Assembly: GCA_944372365.1 (NCBI GenBank)
Contig: CALVYP010000001.1
Coordinates: 85,279-149,278 of the forward strand
Direction of reading: 5' to 3'
Length of the DNA stretch: 64,000 nt
Origin: an uncultured Clostridia bacterium
GTDB taxonomy: Bacteria; Bacillota; Clostridia; Christensenellales; UBA1242
Part shown: positions 36,234-48,100 of the stretch, piece after piece
Layout: the number at the start of each line of letters is the position of its first letter
Numbering within the stretch: the stretch's first letter is position 1
The notes under the pieces: model-generated
Told to the model about the DNA's origin: nothing
What the model saw: the letters and a program-made list of their open reading frames with translations, nothing else
The model's database searches: none
Position numbers and translations under genes: made by a program

Positions 36234-36326
36234 CCGCGCAAGCATTTTCTTGCGCCGCGCGCAAGAAAAGCCCTTGGGCGCTGCCCAAGGGCGCGCTTTT
36301 TCAAGCGCCGCTTGCGCGGTTTTTTT
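36234..36326 (+). repeat. GC-rich nested-hairpin element (copy C), which also acts as a terminator
   Basis: Closing stem CCGCGCAAGC/GCTTGCGCGG plus T7 encloses GCGCAAG..CTTGCGC and GCCCTTGGGC-gct-GCCCAAGGGC hairpins. Confidence 0.6.
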
Positions 36327-36523
36327 CGCTGCGAAATATCATTTATTTAAACGATAAAAAAAGAAGAAAAAAATTTTTTAATTTTTTTTAAAAAAATATG
36401 TAAAATCGTTTGGTGATTATTTTTTTTTATGCTAATATGTGTTTGTAAATAAGATTGAATATTAAATCTTTTTTTACAAATATTAAAAAAGAAAGCATTT
36501 TGTCAAACTTCAACCTATTTCAA

Positions 36524-36623
36524 ACATAAGGAGGATGGGCGGAAGGTTGCTGAAAGAATGGCAACAAACATGGCAGAGTGTGAAATGGAGGTTTTCTTAT
36601 GAATCTATTTTCTTTATTAGGTG
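36524..36623 (+). repeat. left arm of the ~100-bp inverted repeat (5' UTR, SD, ATG and first 8 codons of the pilin-like gene)
   Basis: Its reverse complement matches 37063..37163 apart from about 4 mismatches and 1 indel. Confidence 0.9.
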
Positions 36624-36985
36624 CTTCTGTTAGCGGCTGGACTGATTTGGCTGATAAGCTTGAGCAAGATTGGATAAAGCAAATGTTTGATATTTTAAGC
36701 CCTATCCTTTGGGCGATCATGGCGGTTGTGGGCGCAGCTGGCATTGTTTATTCTGTTTTCTTGGGCGTAAACTTGGCAAGAGCAGAAGATCAATCCAAGC
36801 GTGACGAAGCTAAAAAGCGTTTGATTACAACAATTATTGCAGTTGCTGTTGTGGTTGTATTGATCATATTCTTCAACACGCTGCTGCCTATGATCATCGG
36901 CGCCTTCATTGATCCAACCAAAGATTTAGGAGGCAATGTTGAGACTGGTGGTGTAATTCAACTTGCCATTTCACTTATAAAATAA
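36599..36985 (+). CDS. small two-TM protein, TrbC/VirB2 pilin-like
   Basis: GGAGG SD. The TM1-charged loop-TM2 layout (ILWAIMAVVGAAGIVYSVFLGV-NLARAEDQSKRDEAKKR-LITTIIAVAVVVVLIIFF) resembles Gram-positive conjugative pilin-like proteins. Tentative. Confidence 0.45.
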   Translation: MNLFSLLGASVSGWTDLADKLEQDWIKQMFDILSPILWAIMAVVGAAGIVYSVFLGVNLARAEDQSKRDEAKKRLITTIIAVAVVVVLIIFFNTLLPMIIGAFIDPTKDLGGNVETGGVIQLAISLIK

Positions 36986-37003
36986 AATAATATAAAAAAT
37001 TAA

Positions 37004-37030
37004 ACGACCCTTTTGGGGTCGTTTTTTTTT
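37004..37030. terminator. bidirectional terminator inside the IR-bounded segment
   Basis: ACGACCC-ttttg-GGGTCGT followed by T9, with an A-run upstream. Confidence 0.8.
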
Positions 37031-37062
37031 GCGCGCGCCTTCCTACCAACTGTTAATTGCAT

Positions 37063-37163
37063 CACCTAATAAAGAAAATAGATTCATAAGAAAACCTCCA
37101 TTTCACACTCTGCCTTGTTTGTTGCCATTCTTTCAGCAACCTTCCGCCCCTCCCCCCTTATGT
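37063..37163 (-). repeat. right arm of the inverted repeat (it reads inward and encodes only MNLFSLLGDAINSW-stop)
   Basis: See the left arm. On the minus strand: ATGAATCTATTTTCTTTATTAGGTGATGCAATTAACAGTTGGTAG. Confidence 0.9.
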
Positions 37164-37266
37164 TTTTTAATGATTTATTGTGTTGTTGGCTTGAAAGCTT
37201 TTTGAAATGGATTTAATTTTTTAGTTGTAAAATTTTTAACTACATGCTATACTTTAAAGGATTGTT

Positions 37267-37359
37267 GGAGACGTATCGAAGTGGTCGTAACGAGCTTGAC
37301 TCGAAATCAAGTTGTCCGCTAACCCGGGCACGTGGGTTCGAATCCCACCGTCTCCGCCA
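37267..37359 (+). tRNA. tRNA-Ser (anticodon CGA)
   Basis: Acceptor GGAGACG/CGTCTCC, anticodon arm CTTGA-CTCGAAA-TCAAG, long variable arm, T-arm GTGGG-TTCGAAT-CCCAC, GCCA end. Promoter TTGTAA-N17-(TGc)TATACT at 37225..37253. Confidence 0.9.
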
Positions 37360-37464
37360 TAATTTTATCGCGGGGGTAAATGAAAAATATGCGCGGGCGG
37401 GCTATGCGCTAGCCGCGGCTATAAAACATTTGCAAACAAAAAAAAACACCGTTTGGTGTTTTTT

Positions 37465-38124
37465 TTATTTTTTGCTGCCAGAGTCAGATTCATACTGCGT
37501 AGAAAAGCCTTCGTTAACTTTCGGGCGCAAATTGTTTGGAAAATGTACATCGGTTTTTATGTCGTTGACAACTTTTTGCAGTTTGGTTGTTATGTTGTAA
37601 GGATCAGCGATATCCCACAACACAACCGAGCTTGACGTCGCGCGAATGTATATATCACCAACCTTAAACCACTTGTCGCTTAGCCCTACTTTCAAGTTAA
37701 CGCTTTGAATGTCGGCATAGTATATATTGCGCATGTCAATGCCGATAACCCCGCTGCGCACAATTATTCGCGTGTTTGTGAAAACATATTCAATATTTTT
37801 TTGCTGAGTTGACGCCGTAACCATATTTGCAATCCAAATCCATACAGGAGTTAGGTGAATCACAAAAAATATGCAAATAATTAAAGTGAAATACCACGGC
37901 AGTTGCCCAAAAATGTCAAAGCCAAACATACAACCTAAAAATGCGCCGTCAAAAATCAGCCAGATAAATGCAAACGGCATCATCCTAAAAATCTGCCCGC
38001 AAATAAATGCAGAACGCTTTGGTTTGCCGCGCCACAAAATCTGCTCGTCTTTTGCAAGCGTATCTTCAATTGTGGTTGCCTTCATGCCGTCGTTTTTAAA
38101 ATAATTTTCATTGAACTTTGCCAT
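37465..38124 (-). CDS. membrane protein with a bacterial PH (YdbS/YdbT-like) domain
   Basis: ATG 38124 with a GGTGGGAA SD. EQILWRGKP.., then 2 TM helices, then ..YVFTNTRIIVRSG....IYYADIQSV, as in bPH_2 proteins. Confidence 0.65.
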   Translation of the reverse strand: MAKFNENYFKNDGMKATTIEDTLAKDEQILWRGKPKRSAFICGQIFRMMPFAFIWLIFDGAFLGCMFGFDIFGQLPWYFTLIICIFFVIHLTPVWIWIANMVTASTQQKNIEYVFTNTRIIVRSGVIGIDMRNIYYADIQSVNLKVGLSDKWFKVGDIYIRATSSSVVLWDIADPYNITTKLQKVVNDIKTDVHFPNNLRPKVNEGFSTQYESDSGSKK

Positions 38125-38180
38125 TTCCCACCTACAAAAGCATTTTAACATATAAATTAAAAAAAAGCCAATATATTTGG

Positions 38181-38669
38181 CTATCTTTCAAAGTGTTGTT
38201 TTTTACTTTTTATGCCGCACTCCACGCTTGCAACTGCTCGTAGTTCGGGCAATATTCCATTTAAATTATCAATTTCCTGCTGTATTATTCCCGCAAGTTT
38301 GCCGCTCAGCCAAACGCTTTGCCACTGAGCGCCCTCATCCTGAAACTTTACACATATTTCAAACGCTCGCAAGTTTTTATATAGCATTCGCGGACGGCAC
38401 ATGTTGTCTTCCCAAAAATCCATTTCCTGCTTGAATTGAATAATTTTTGGATTAAACAGCGCTCTAATTTCCCCGCCTATATGTGCGCTGACAACCAATA
38501 TCTGCTGATTCTCTCCAATTTGATTCGCCGAAAGGCTGCAACACGACCTGCCTTCTTCCCAATTAAAACTAAGCGTGTCACACAAATCCTGTGCAATGCG
38601 CAAAGAGTTTTCGTCGATCGGCGAATTTTTGCATGCGTTTTGCGGAAAACTTGTTATCGGTTTTATCAT
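38181..38669 (-). CDS. peptide-deformylase homologue lacking the HExxH metal ligands
   Basis: Collinear with PDF. Motif 1 is CSLSANQIG (normally GVGLAANQIG). Motif 2 is WEDNMCRP (normally EGCLS). Motif 3 is IIQQEIDNLNGIL (normally QHEIDHLNGIL). Confidence 0.6.
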   Translation of the reverse strand: MIKPITSFPQNACKNSPIDENSLRIAQDLCDTLSFNWEEGRSCCSLSANQIGENQQILVVSAHIGGEIRALFNPKIIQFKQEMDFWEDNMCRPRMLYKNLRAFEICVKFQDEGAQWQSVWLSGKLAGIIQQEIDNLNGILPELRAVASVECGIKSKKQHFER

Positions 38670-38732
38670 ATTTCACATTATATGAATGCAAAATATATTT
38701 TATGAAATAAAAAAAATCGGTTGCCCGATTTT

Positions 38733-39227
38733 TTATTCTTCGTCTTCGGTTTGTTCTTGGCTGTCGTCTTGATTCTCTGCTGGTTTTTCCGCAGATTTTT
38801 TTGCAGCTTTTTTTGATTGCGATTTTTCTTCAACGCCTGCGATTTTGTTTGCCCAGCCACCAACAACCGGAACATCTTTTTTCAAGCAAATGAAAACCAA
38901 AGCAACAATTTCCAATGCCACAAGCACGGTAAGCAAAATAACTTGAATGATGAGATATGCCATTTGTGCATTCACATCGCCACCCATTGTGATGATGATG
39001 TAGAACAAGAAATCAAAGAACAATCTTACAACTGCAATGGCTGCAAGAATGATGTATGGCTGCAAAGTTTTTGAAGCAGTTTGTTTATCCTTAACCCCAA
39101 ACATTGCAACAAGCACTGGAATTATTCCAAACAAAACACTGCAAAACGGGCCAAGTGTTGGCACAGCAAAAAGCAAAACGCCAATAAAAACTAATGAAAT
39201 TAAAAATGCTTGCATTGATTTATTCAT
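38733..39227 (-). CDS. hypothetical 4-TM membrane protein with a charged C-terminal tail
   Basis: ATG 39227 with an AGGAGA SD. Terminator ATCGG-ttgc-CCGAT downstream. Confidence 0.55.
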   Translation of the reverse strand: MNKSMQAFLISLVFIGVLLFAVPTLGPFCSVLFGIIPVLVAMFGVKDKQTASKTLQPYIILAAIAVVRLFFDFLFYIIITMGGDVNAQMAYLIIQVILLTVLVALEIVALVFICLKKDVPVVGGWANKIAGVEEKSQSKKAAKKSAEKPAENQDDSQEQTEDEE

Positions 39228-39310
39228 ATTTATTCTCCTATAAGTAAAATATATCACAAAACTATTATTTTGTCAATTATATATGCAAAACATTTGTTTT
39301 TTGTTAAAAA

Positions 39311-40732
39311 TCACCCCAAAATATCACTTTTATCACTATATGATGTGTGTAAAAGCGGATTTTCAAAATCCTTTAAATAATTTTGATATAATCTTTTAAT
39401 CAGCGGATTTTCATGACAGAGCCTAATAGTAGATTTTTCGTCTAAGCTGTAAATTGCGCTGCTGCGCTGCTGACGCGCAACTTCGTTTGTTATGTTTATG
39501 TTTTTAGGCTGTCCGCCGCCGCCTAAACATCCCCCAAGACACGCCATAACTTCAACAAAATCATAGTGCGCGCCCTTTTCAATTTCGCTTAGCAATTTTC
39601 TAACATTCACAAGCCCCGAAACAACAGCAACTTTAAGTTTTTTGCCCGCCAAATTGACTTGGCTTTCAACAAAACCACTTAAACTGCGCACTTTTTTAAA
39701 TTCTAAACGCTTTAAGTTTTTGCCTGTTAAAAAGTAATACGCCGTGCGCAATGCCGCTTCCATAACTCCGCCAGATGTGCCAAAAATCACACCCGCGCCG
39801 CTGCCCTTGCCCATCAAGCTGTCAAACGCAGAGTTTTTTAACTCTCTGAAATTTATTCCGCGCTGCTTGATCCAGTCTGCCAGTTCGCGCACTGGCAAAA
39901 CAAAATCATAGCCGCCCTCTTTAATCGCTTCCGCCTTTTTGGCTGTGCACGGAGTGATTGCAACATTGACAATGCTCTTGCTGTCGATTCCCTTTTCTTG
40001 CGCCCAGTAGGTTTTAATCATGCTAGATAGCATGGCAATCGGGCTTTTGCAAGTTGAAAGAAAATTTATTTTTTCAGGATAGAATATCTCTAAAAACTTA
40101 ACCCACGCCGGGCAGCACGATGTAAACATCGGCAAATTTTTTCCACTTTTAAGACGCTCAACCAGCTCGTGTGCTTCTTCCATTATGGTTATGTCCGCGC
40201 CAAAAGTTGTGTCAAAAACATAGTTTGCACCAAGCTCTCGCAAAGCAGCCACCATTTTGCCAGTGCAAATTTCGCCTTTCTGCCCGCCAAACTCTTCTGC
40301 AAGTGAAACCCTAACCGCTGGCGCTGTTTGGAAAACAAAAACTTTGCTTTTATCTCTCATCATCTCTTCAAGTTGAAGATAATGATTTTTATAACTAATT
40401 GCACCTGACGGACACGCCAAACTGCACTGCCCGCAATCGACGCACACGGTTTTGCATTTGCATTTTTTAATGTCATAATGCCCATACACGCCCTGCTTAA
40501 ACCTGCAAACCGACTTGCAATTTCCGCACTTTACGCACTTTGACGGATCACGACAAATTGACGGATTATCGTCATCCACATCAATATAAACAGTTTCTTC
40601 GCGCTCTGCTTTTTCGGCTTCTTCAAAAAACTGCTTCCCCACTCCGCACATAGGGCAAACCCAATCTTCTGGCAGACTTTCAAAATCGCCTTCAAAAACA
40701 TATCCGCAAACTTGACATACATATTTCGCCAT
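39311..40732 (-). CDS. [FeFe]-hydrogenase catalytic subunit with an N-terminal rubredoxin-like domain
   Basis: Rubredoxin knuckles CQVCG / CPMCG, two 4Fe-4S Cys clusters, and H-cluster motifs FTSCCPAWV (L1), TPCTAKKAE (L2) and [16 protein letters not shown] (L3). Confidence 0.85.
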   Translation of the reverse strand: MAKYVCQVCGYVFEGDFESLPEDWVCPMCGVGKQFFEEAEKAEREETVYIDVDDDNPSICRDPSKCVKCGNCKSVCRFKQGVYGHYDIKKCKCKTVCVDCGQCSLACPSGAISYKNHYLQLEEMMRDKSKVFVFQTAPAVRVSLAEEFGGQKGEICTGKMVAALRELGANYVFDTTFGADITIMEEAHELVERLKSGKNLPMFTSCCPAWVKFLEIFYPEKINFLSTCKSPIAMLSSMIKTYWAQEKGIDSKSIVNVAITPCTAKKAEAIKEGGYDFVLPVRELADWIKQRGINFRELKNSAFDSLMGKGSGAGVIFGTSGGVMEAALRTAYYFLTGKNLKRLEFKKVRSLSGFVESQVNLAGKKLKVAVVSGLVNVRKLLSEIEKGAHYDFVEVMACLGGCLGGGGQPKNINITNEVARQQRSSAIYSLDEKSTIRLCHENPLIKRLYQNYLKDFENPLLHTSYSDKSDILG

Positions 40733-40763
40733 AAAAAACCACCTTTTACAGCAAAATTTTACA

Positions 40764-41843
40764 TTATTTTAAAGAATTTTCAAAACAATTAGCGAAAAAA
40801 TTATTATTATGCACCACAGAAACATGATTTGGATTGAGTTTTTGACAAACCAAATGAAATTTATATGAATTTTGCAGATCACCTTTTAAATAATAAAGGT
40901 GACAAAGTTGCAACGCTGGAACAAAATCATACATCTCTCTTTGCACAAACGCACCGCTGTTTAAGTTTGGTTTTAGCGACAGCGCTAAATTATACCAAAA
41001 AACAGCATCGTCATATCGCTTTTGATTTAAAAACAATTCTCCCAGCGCACAAACCGCTTCGCCGCGTGGCGGAGCAAACACAAAACTTTTTAAAACTGCA
41101 TCGCAAGCTTCTTCAAATTGATTTAAGTTTTGATGACAACTTGCCAAATCTATGCACGCCTGAATTTTGTTTTCAATCCAGCCATCTGGCATGCGCAAGA
41201 ATTTTTTAAATTCGGTGATCGCTTTTTTATAAAAACCATTAAACATAAGCTCGCGCGAGTAATAAAATTGCTGCCGTGGCGAAAAAATAACCTTTTTTTG
41301 CTTTAATTTTTGATAAATTTTTAAATTTCTGCCCTTTAGGGTTGGTCTAATTTTTTCGTGATAGATTTTTATGTCAACATATTCAATTTTCCCGCTTGGC
41401 ACAATAACTTCATGAATAGGATCCACCCACCTATAATTTTTGCTTTTTAAAAACATTCGTTCTCGTGCATACGAAAATTTTGCAACCATGTTTTCATCAT
41501 GCGTCAACACATACTCAAACATATACATATCGGCATGCTGATCTCTATTCTTTAAACTATTTATTTTTTTAATGTCTTCGCTAAGCACAACATCATCGGC
41601 ATCCAGCCACATGATCAGCGGACACGACGCCTGCGAAAAACTGTAATTTCGGGCGGCAGAAAAATCATAATTCCATTTAAAATTAAAAACCTTGTTTGTA
41701 AATTTTTTTGCAATTTGAATGGTTTGATCGGTTGAGCCAGTGTCAACCACCACAATTTCATCCGCAAACTGCTTGACGCAATTTAGGCATCTTTCAAGCA
41801 CATCCTGCTCGTTTTTTACAATTAAACAAACTGAAAGTTTCAT
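40764..41843 (-). CDS. family-2 glycosyltransferase with a C-terminal TPR-like region
   Basis: [33 protein letters not shown] and WLDADD (DxD). The C-terminal half has helical repeats. Confidence 0.8.
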   Translation of the reverse strand: MKLSVCLIVKNEQDVLERCLNCVKQFADEIVVVDTGSTDQTIQIAKKFTNKVFNFKWNYDFSAARNYSFSQASCPLIMWLDADDVVLSEDIKKINSLKNRDQHADMYMFEYVLTHDENMVAKFSYARERMFLKSKNYRWVDPIHEVIVPSGKIEYVDIKIYHEKIRPTLKGRNLKIYQKLKQKKVIFSPRQQFYYSRELMFNGFYKKAITEFKKFLRMPDGWIENKIQACIDLASCHQNLNQFEEACDAVLKSFVFAPPRGEAVCALGELFLNQKRYDDAVFWYNLALSLKPNLNSGAFVQREMYDFVPALQLCHLYYLKGDLQNSYKFHLVCQKLNPNHVSVVHNNNFFANCFENSLK

Positions 41844-42161
41844 ACAAACTCTCCCACAACAATTTATTCAAGAAAATAAAAAATTGTGAAAAATAATTAA
41901 ATAATAAAAAAATATTATAAAAATGCCTGTTTTTTATAAAAAAATTGATTTTTTTTGCGTATTTTTTAGAAATTATTTATTTTTAAAATTATTTTTTATT
42001 TTTATTTCAACAAATTATTTTGGCGCTTGGCTTTTCATAATGAAAAATATGTTTATTAAATAATTATATATTATATATATTACATACATAAATTATTTTG
42101 TTTTTGCAAAAAATTATGTTAGAATGTTTTTGTCAAAATATGACAAAAAGAGGTGTTTAGC

Positions 42162-45100
42162 ATGAACAAAATAAAAAAAGTTTTAAGCGGTTTTGTTTTG
42201 GGCGCGGCAGCAACTACAATGATTGTGGCGGGCAGCCTTTTTGCGCAACAAGAAAAAACCCAAACTTACAATGCTGCTGTAACCGAGCAACAAATTGTAA
42301 ACACGCTTCCAGCATTTGTAGATCAGTCCGGTTTGCAAAATGACTACTATTTCACCGAAGAAGTGCCAATCAAATTTAATGTTGCAGTGGAAGGTTCGTC
42401 AAGTGCTGATTATATCTTTAAATATTATCCAGATGGCACGGCAACCGATGAAGCAAAAAACCACTTTTATTATTTTGACATTGCAAGCGTTTCAATTTAT
42501 ATTGACAATGTTCGTTTAAACATAGCTGCAGAGAATGCTGAAAAATTGATTTTAAAATCGGCAGGCACTGTTTCAATAAATCAACAAGGCGGCGATCAGG
42601 CTGGACAAAGCAACATTTCGCCAGAGATCGTGTGCTTTAAAATTGTTTATGACTCCTCTGCAACAGAGCCGGGGGTGGTTGAAGGATCCGTTAAATACGA
42701 CAATAATAGCTACACAATCACTCCGGCAGAATTGCGCATCAACCAAACCGGCTTGCTTAGAGTTGATGTGCAGTATGACCTTTACGACACAACCAACATC
42801 AAGGGCGCAGGTGCTGGAAACGATATGCAAGTTTCAAACATCCACACATCGCAATCATTCTCATATTCTTGCTTCTTTTTAAATGCAAGTGACTATTTCG
42901 AATCTACCCTTGACAAGGATTCTCCAAAACTCACATACCCTGGCTTTACAAGAACGCCAAGTGAATCGGCAATTTATAGATACAACTATTTCTATAATTA
43001 CGGCACAAACTATCTGCCATACATATCTTTCGATCCAAGCAAAGTTAGGCTTGAAGTAACAAGATACTACAACAACCAAACTCAAAATGCGGTTTTGCAG
43101 TATAACCCAGAAGCGAACACCATCTCTCAACCAGATTTTGTTTATCAAACAATGATCATGCCAGACGGCAGCGCACGAGTTTATTTCAACGATGTTGGGC
43201 AATATAACTTTAATTTTGAATTTATATATATCGTTGAAAATCAAACTGACTATCAAATCTACACAGTAGATTATCTGCTGCCAGACCAAAAGGCATATCT
43301 GTTTGGTGCACAGCTTAATTTCACCAACTATCAAACAAACGAATACAACGAATTTAAGCAAATCGCAAACAAAACAACCGACTCGGACGAGATTGAATAC
43401 AATCAAATTCTTCAAAATGCAGATGTGACTTATCTGTATGGCGAATCAACTGGCAGCGAAGCATTTCGAGAGAGTTTTCTTGCAAAAGGAGCAAATGCAA
43501 ATGTCACTCCTGTTGCAACCGATCAAACGCCACTTCGTTTTACAACAAATTTAAGTCAACTTACAAGCGAAGAAGCTACATTGCAAGTTTGGAGACTTGG
43601 CACAGATGACTGGAAGGCATATGATAAAATAAGCGACATAACTTCAACCATCAACGAGTCTGGCACATACTTTATTGAACTTACATATGATTTTGCTTCT
43701 CACACCAACACTTCTGGCGCAATTGACTCAACCAATGGCAACAATCACTTTAAACAATATTTCTACTTTAAAATTGACAAAACCGCGCCTTTATTCACAA
43801 TGCAAGCGCGCGGCGATTACAATGAAAAAAACCAAACATACGACTGGAAACAACTTTTATCCAAAGAATACACAAACACAGAAGAAGTAAAACTTACATA
43901 CGCTGGCTTTTCAAACATCTTCCACTCGGCTGTAAGATTTGAATATGAAAGATATGACTTTATAAACGACGGATTCACTTCTGGCACAATACAATTTAAT
44001 GAAAATGGTGAATATATCTTTGATCAAGAAGGCAACTACACCATCAAAGTATACTACGGAAAGCAAGGCACCGCCCAAGATCCAAGCATATCTTCTTTCA
44101 CAATAGATAGACAACAAATTCAAGATTTGGCAGCGTATGCAGTAAGCACAAGCGGAGCCAACAACGACTATCACATCAGCAATCCGCTTAATCAATTTTC
44201 AACAAACCAAAACTTTGTTTTCTCTTGGCAAGTCACCAAACCAAGTGGCGCAAAAACATATGGTAAATATAAATACTTTGCCCTTGATTACACCGACTAC
44301 TACGCATCGGTTGCCTCGGATTCACTTTCACTATTGCTTGGCTCTTTGCTTAGAAACGGAATTTTGGCAACAGACGCAGTTTTGAATATGGGCAATGCCG
44401 AAAGCAACTCTTGGATTGATTATTCCAACGCTTCGGCTCTTATTCAAAACAACAACATCGTGCCTGCATCATATGTAAAATCAAACGCAGGGCTTTATAT
44501 CTTCCAAATCTACGACCAAGCAGGCAACAGCGAAATTTATGCTATCTTGCTTGATAACTCTCAGCCATACTTTGTTTTAGAAACAGATGAAGGCTATGCA
44601 CTCATCAGTGCCAACCACACGGTAACAAGCGATGCAGTCCTTCATTGGGCCGACAACAAAGCAATTCAAGTAAACGGCTTTGTTAACGGTGATTTTAATG
44701 AAAAAGTTTATTACAACAAAGACGGCAAAATGGACGACGAAATTGTAAGTGCTTTGCAGCAGTTAAAAGATTCTATTAAAACCTTTGCTGCTTCTTCCAC
44801 CAGCGATTCAATAGGCTATGGCAAAGACGGAAGCTACTATCTATGCGAAATTGATGACACATTCTTGTTTAAACATAAAGACACCGAAACATACACCTTA
44901 GAAACCGGCAACAGCATGAACATTCAGTTCTCCTACACTGTGCACTACACGCTTGTTAATGGGCTTTACACATTCTACTATTCAACCACAAACGACTCAA
45001 ACTATATCGATGCGGCAACTGGCGAAATTGTTGAAGCACTTATTTTCAATGATGTGCCACAGATTAACGGAAACGAACTGCACGACGCAAACATATATCT

Positions 45101-48100
45101 TTACCAAGCAAATGGACAAAGGGCTTTCTACTACGGCGTGCCTGGCTCGCTAAACCTTTTCTCAACAACTGGTGAAGCTGTGACAGCAACCGAAGGTGAA
45201 AACGGGCTTATGCTTAATGGCGTTGCTTTGCAAGCCACAAACTTTGTGGATATGGAAGGCACATATGTGTTCTTAATTAGAGATGCATCAAACACAGAAG
45301 GGTCAAACCTTTCAGAAGATCAAAAGTTTATGCAATATGCTTCCAACTATCAATACCTGCGTGTAACCGGCGATCAATCTCTCACACAAATTTACTACAA
45401 AGAAACTAACGGACAGGGCGAAGAGAACTTGGTTACACTTACCGACGCATCATATGCAAACATCAGTGTTGTAAACACAGATCAAAACTGGATGGCAAGA
45501 TCAAGCTACTACAACCCTACTTCAATAGAGCAAACTCTTTACCTTTCGTTTAGGCCAACAATCGAACATGACGACAACACAAAAACACAAGTTGATCAAA
45601 TTGTGTTAAGTTACTATCCATATCAAAACCAAATTAAAACATACTACACTTCAACTGGACAGGTTAGATATGTGTTCTACAAAACACTTGCGTCAACGCC
45701 TGAATTTACACAAGTTGTATATGATTTTGATGAAAACGGCGCAAACACTCAAACCATTGAAGAGCCAATTCACATTACTTCAAACATGACAAGCGAAGGC
45801 AGGTATATTGTTACAAGAACATATGTTATGGAAGAAGGCTACACAGTTGATGTTTTTGACTACTATCAAAGAAACATCACCGCAACAGTTGACAGATATG
45901 GCGTGCTTACCCTGCCTGAAACAATCAGCTACAGCGCCGAAGTAAAATCTTACTCGCTAGATAATAACCAAAAAAATGTAACGGCAACTTTATATGAAAA
46001 CCTGCTTGTTCTGTCAACGCCACAAAACGGCAGCCTCCGCCCATTCGATGGCATAACTTTGAAATACAAGGCAACAGAAGATGGCGAAGAACTTGACACC
46101 GATAACATCACAACGGAAGACATTTATACAAACGATACAGCACTCCGCTTCTATCAATTTGATCAAATTTATTCATACGAATTGTATTATGCTGGCAATA
46201 AGGTTGACGCCTCTGGCACTGATGTTGTTGTTGACGACTCGCTTGAAAGCATCGTCGGCGGCGACATGATGATAAACATGTATGACGGCATAGTTGAGAA
46301 CTCTGGTATAATTTCAGTGGCCTTTCCATACTATGAAGCTGATTCAATCTTGCCGTCTGGCGACAGTTTCTACACCGAGAACATAACAAACTGGACGGAA
46401 AATGACAATGTAAACCCAACCCTTATCACAAACAAACTGCCGGTTAAGGTTTACATACCGCAATATAAATATACAATTCAAAACACAGAATCAGAAGTAG
46501 AAGCAAGCCAAGATGGTTTTTCAAAAGCGTATTCAAATGTCGCAAACGATTATTTGATAAGATTTAACCAAAATGATGAATATTCTGTCGTTTCATACTA
46601 TCAGCTTGTTGCAAGCATCTCTTACACAAGCAGCGATGGCAAAACTCACACATTCACTTCCACAACTGGAACTGACGGATACTTGGCGTTTGTTGATGAA
46701 ACAGGCTTGCCAGTGGAGCATTTTACACAACCTGGCACTTACTATGTAACCATAACGCAAGGCTATAACTCTGACTCAAATTCAAGCAACAATTTTAGAA
46801 AGAACTATAAATTTGCTTTCACTATTCAAAACAATAAGCCAGAGTTTACAATCACTCAATCCGGCGCTCCGCTTTCAACACTTGACGACGAAGAAAGCGT
46901 TGAAGTGCCAAACTACTACACAAATTCTAAAACAATCACCTATTCTTGGGAAGATTTAAATAATCAATACATTGCAAACATAGATAAAAAGAACATTGCA
47001 ATCACCTATTACGCTTCTATTTTATCAACAGCAATTGAAAATGTAATTCAAATAGACAATGGCATCCTTTCGCTGCAAAAAGAAAATCCGTTGTTGCTTA
47101 ACGCTCTTTCCTACACAAGCACAACCGACAGCCGCGGCGTGACAACCAACTATCTTACAATAGATTTGCAGGCACTTGGAATCTACCAAAACAATGCCGG
47201 CGTAAGATTGACCATGCAGTTTGAAGGGCACAATGATGATTACTACAAAACAACAACCAAACTTGTGACGGTTGATAAGCAAGCGTCATATCAAACAGTA
47301 AACTCGTTGATCGAAAAACTTCAAGGGCTTTCATCGGCTGGGCTGACACTTAATGACTCATCACTTAGAACTTACTTAGATGTTGAATATAAACAAGTTT
47401 CCAGCGCATATGATGCAGCCTACAACATCACAACCAATGCAACCGCAGGACAATTTAGAAATTACAGCTATCTTGTAGACGCAGCATTCTTTGATGAGCT
47501 GAAAGATATGGCGAATCAAAATGCAAACCAAGACAATGCAAGCAATTATAATGGTGGCACAATAAGGGCATACTTCCGTGAGATTGACGACCCTTACAAC
47601 AGCACCTATGAAGAATCTTACAGCGATTTTGCAGCGGCGTCTTACATCGATATGTCAAGCTCGGATGCAAACAGCTATCTGGAACAAAACAAATATTATC
47701 AAATTGTTGAAGAAGACTTGGCTGGCAACCTGACATTCTATATTGTTTACTACTTCTCTGTTGATGATGGCACTGGCTATCAACCAGATGACCAATATGA
47801 TGAAGAAGGCATGCCTATAACAATCTATCAAGGCATCACTTTCACCGATCATGACACAGTAAAATATGCAAGTGACGCTCAAATTGCAACCGGCAAGCTT
47901 AACTTATATTCATCAACAAACTTCACTCTCGACAACTTAAACTATCAAGGCGACGGCTGGCTTATCATCACAATCAATGGCGAAACATTTATGACAAGCC
48001 CATGGCTGGATGCAGGAAATGTTTACAAAGTTTCGCAAGGGCAAATTCAAACTGTTTCATTTGCAAGCATATTCCAACAATTTGCTTCGTCAAGCACTCC

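Noticed and set aside
37244-37635. ORFs of 118 aa and 60 aa overlapping tRNA-Ser and its terminator.
   Set aside because: They overlap a well-folded tRNA gene and a terminator. No SD.
42573-47882. Numerous 60-180-aa ORFs on both strands inside the giant gene. The same pattern appears inside recD2, cysS, glmS, dnaX, pgk and other genes.
   Set aside because: They are embedded in, or antisense to, long ORFs with clear protein signatures. They have no SDs and are typical shadow ORFs.
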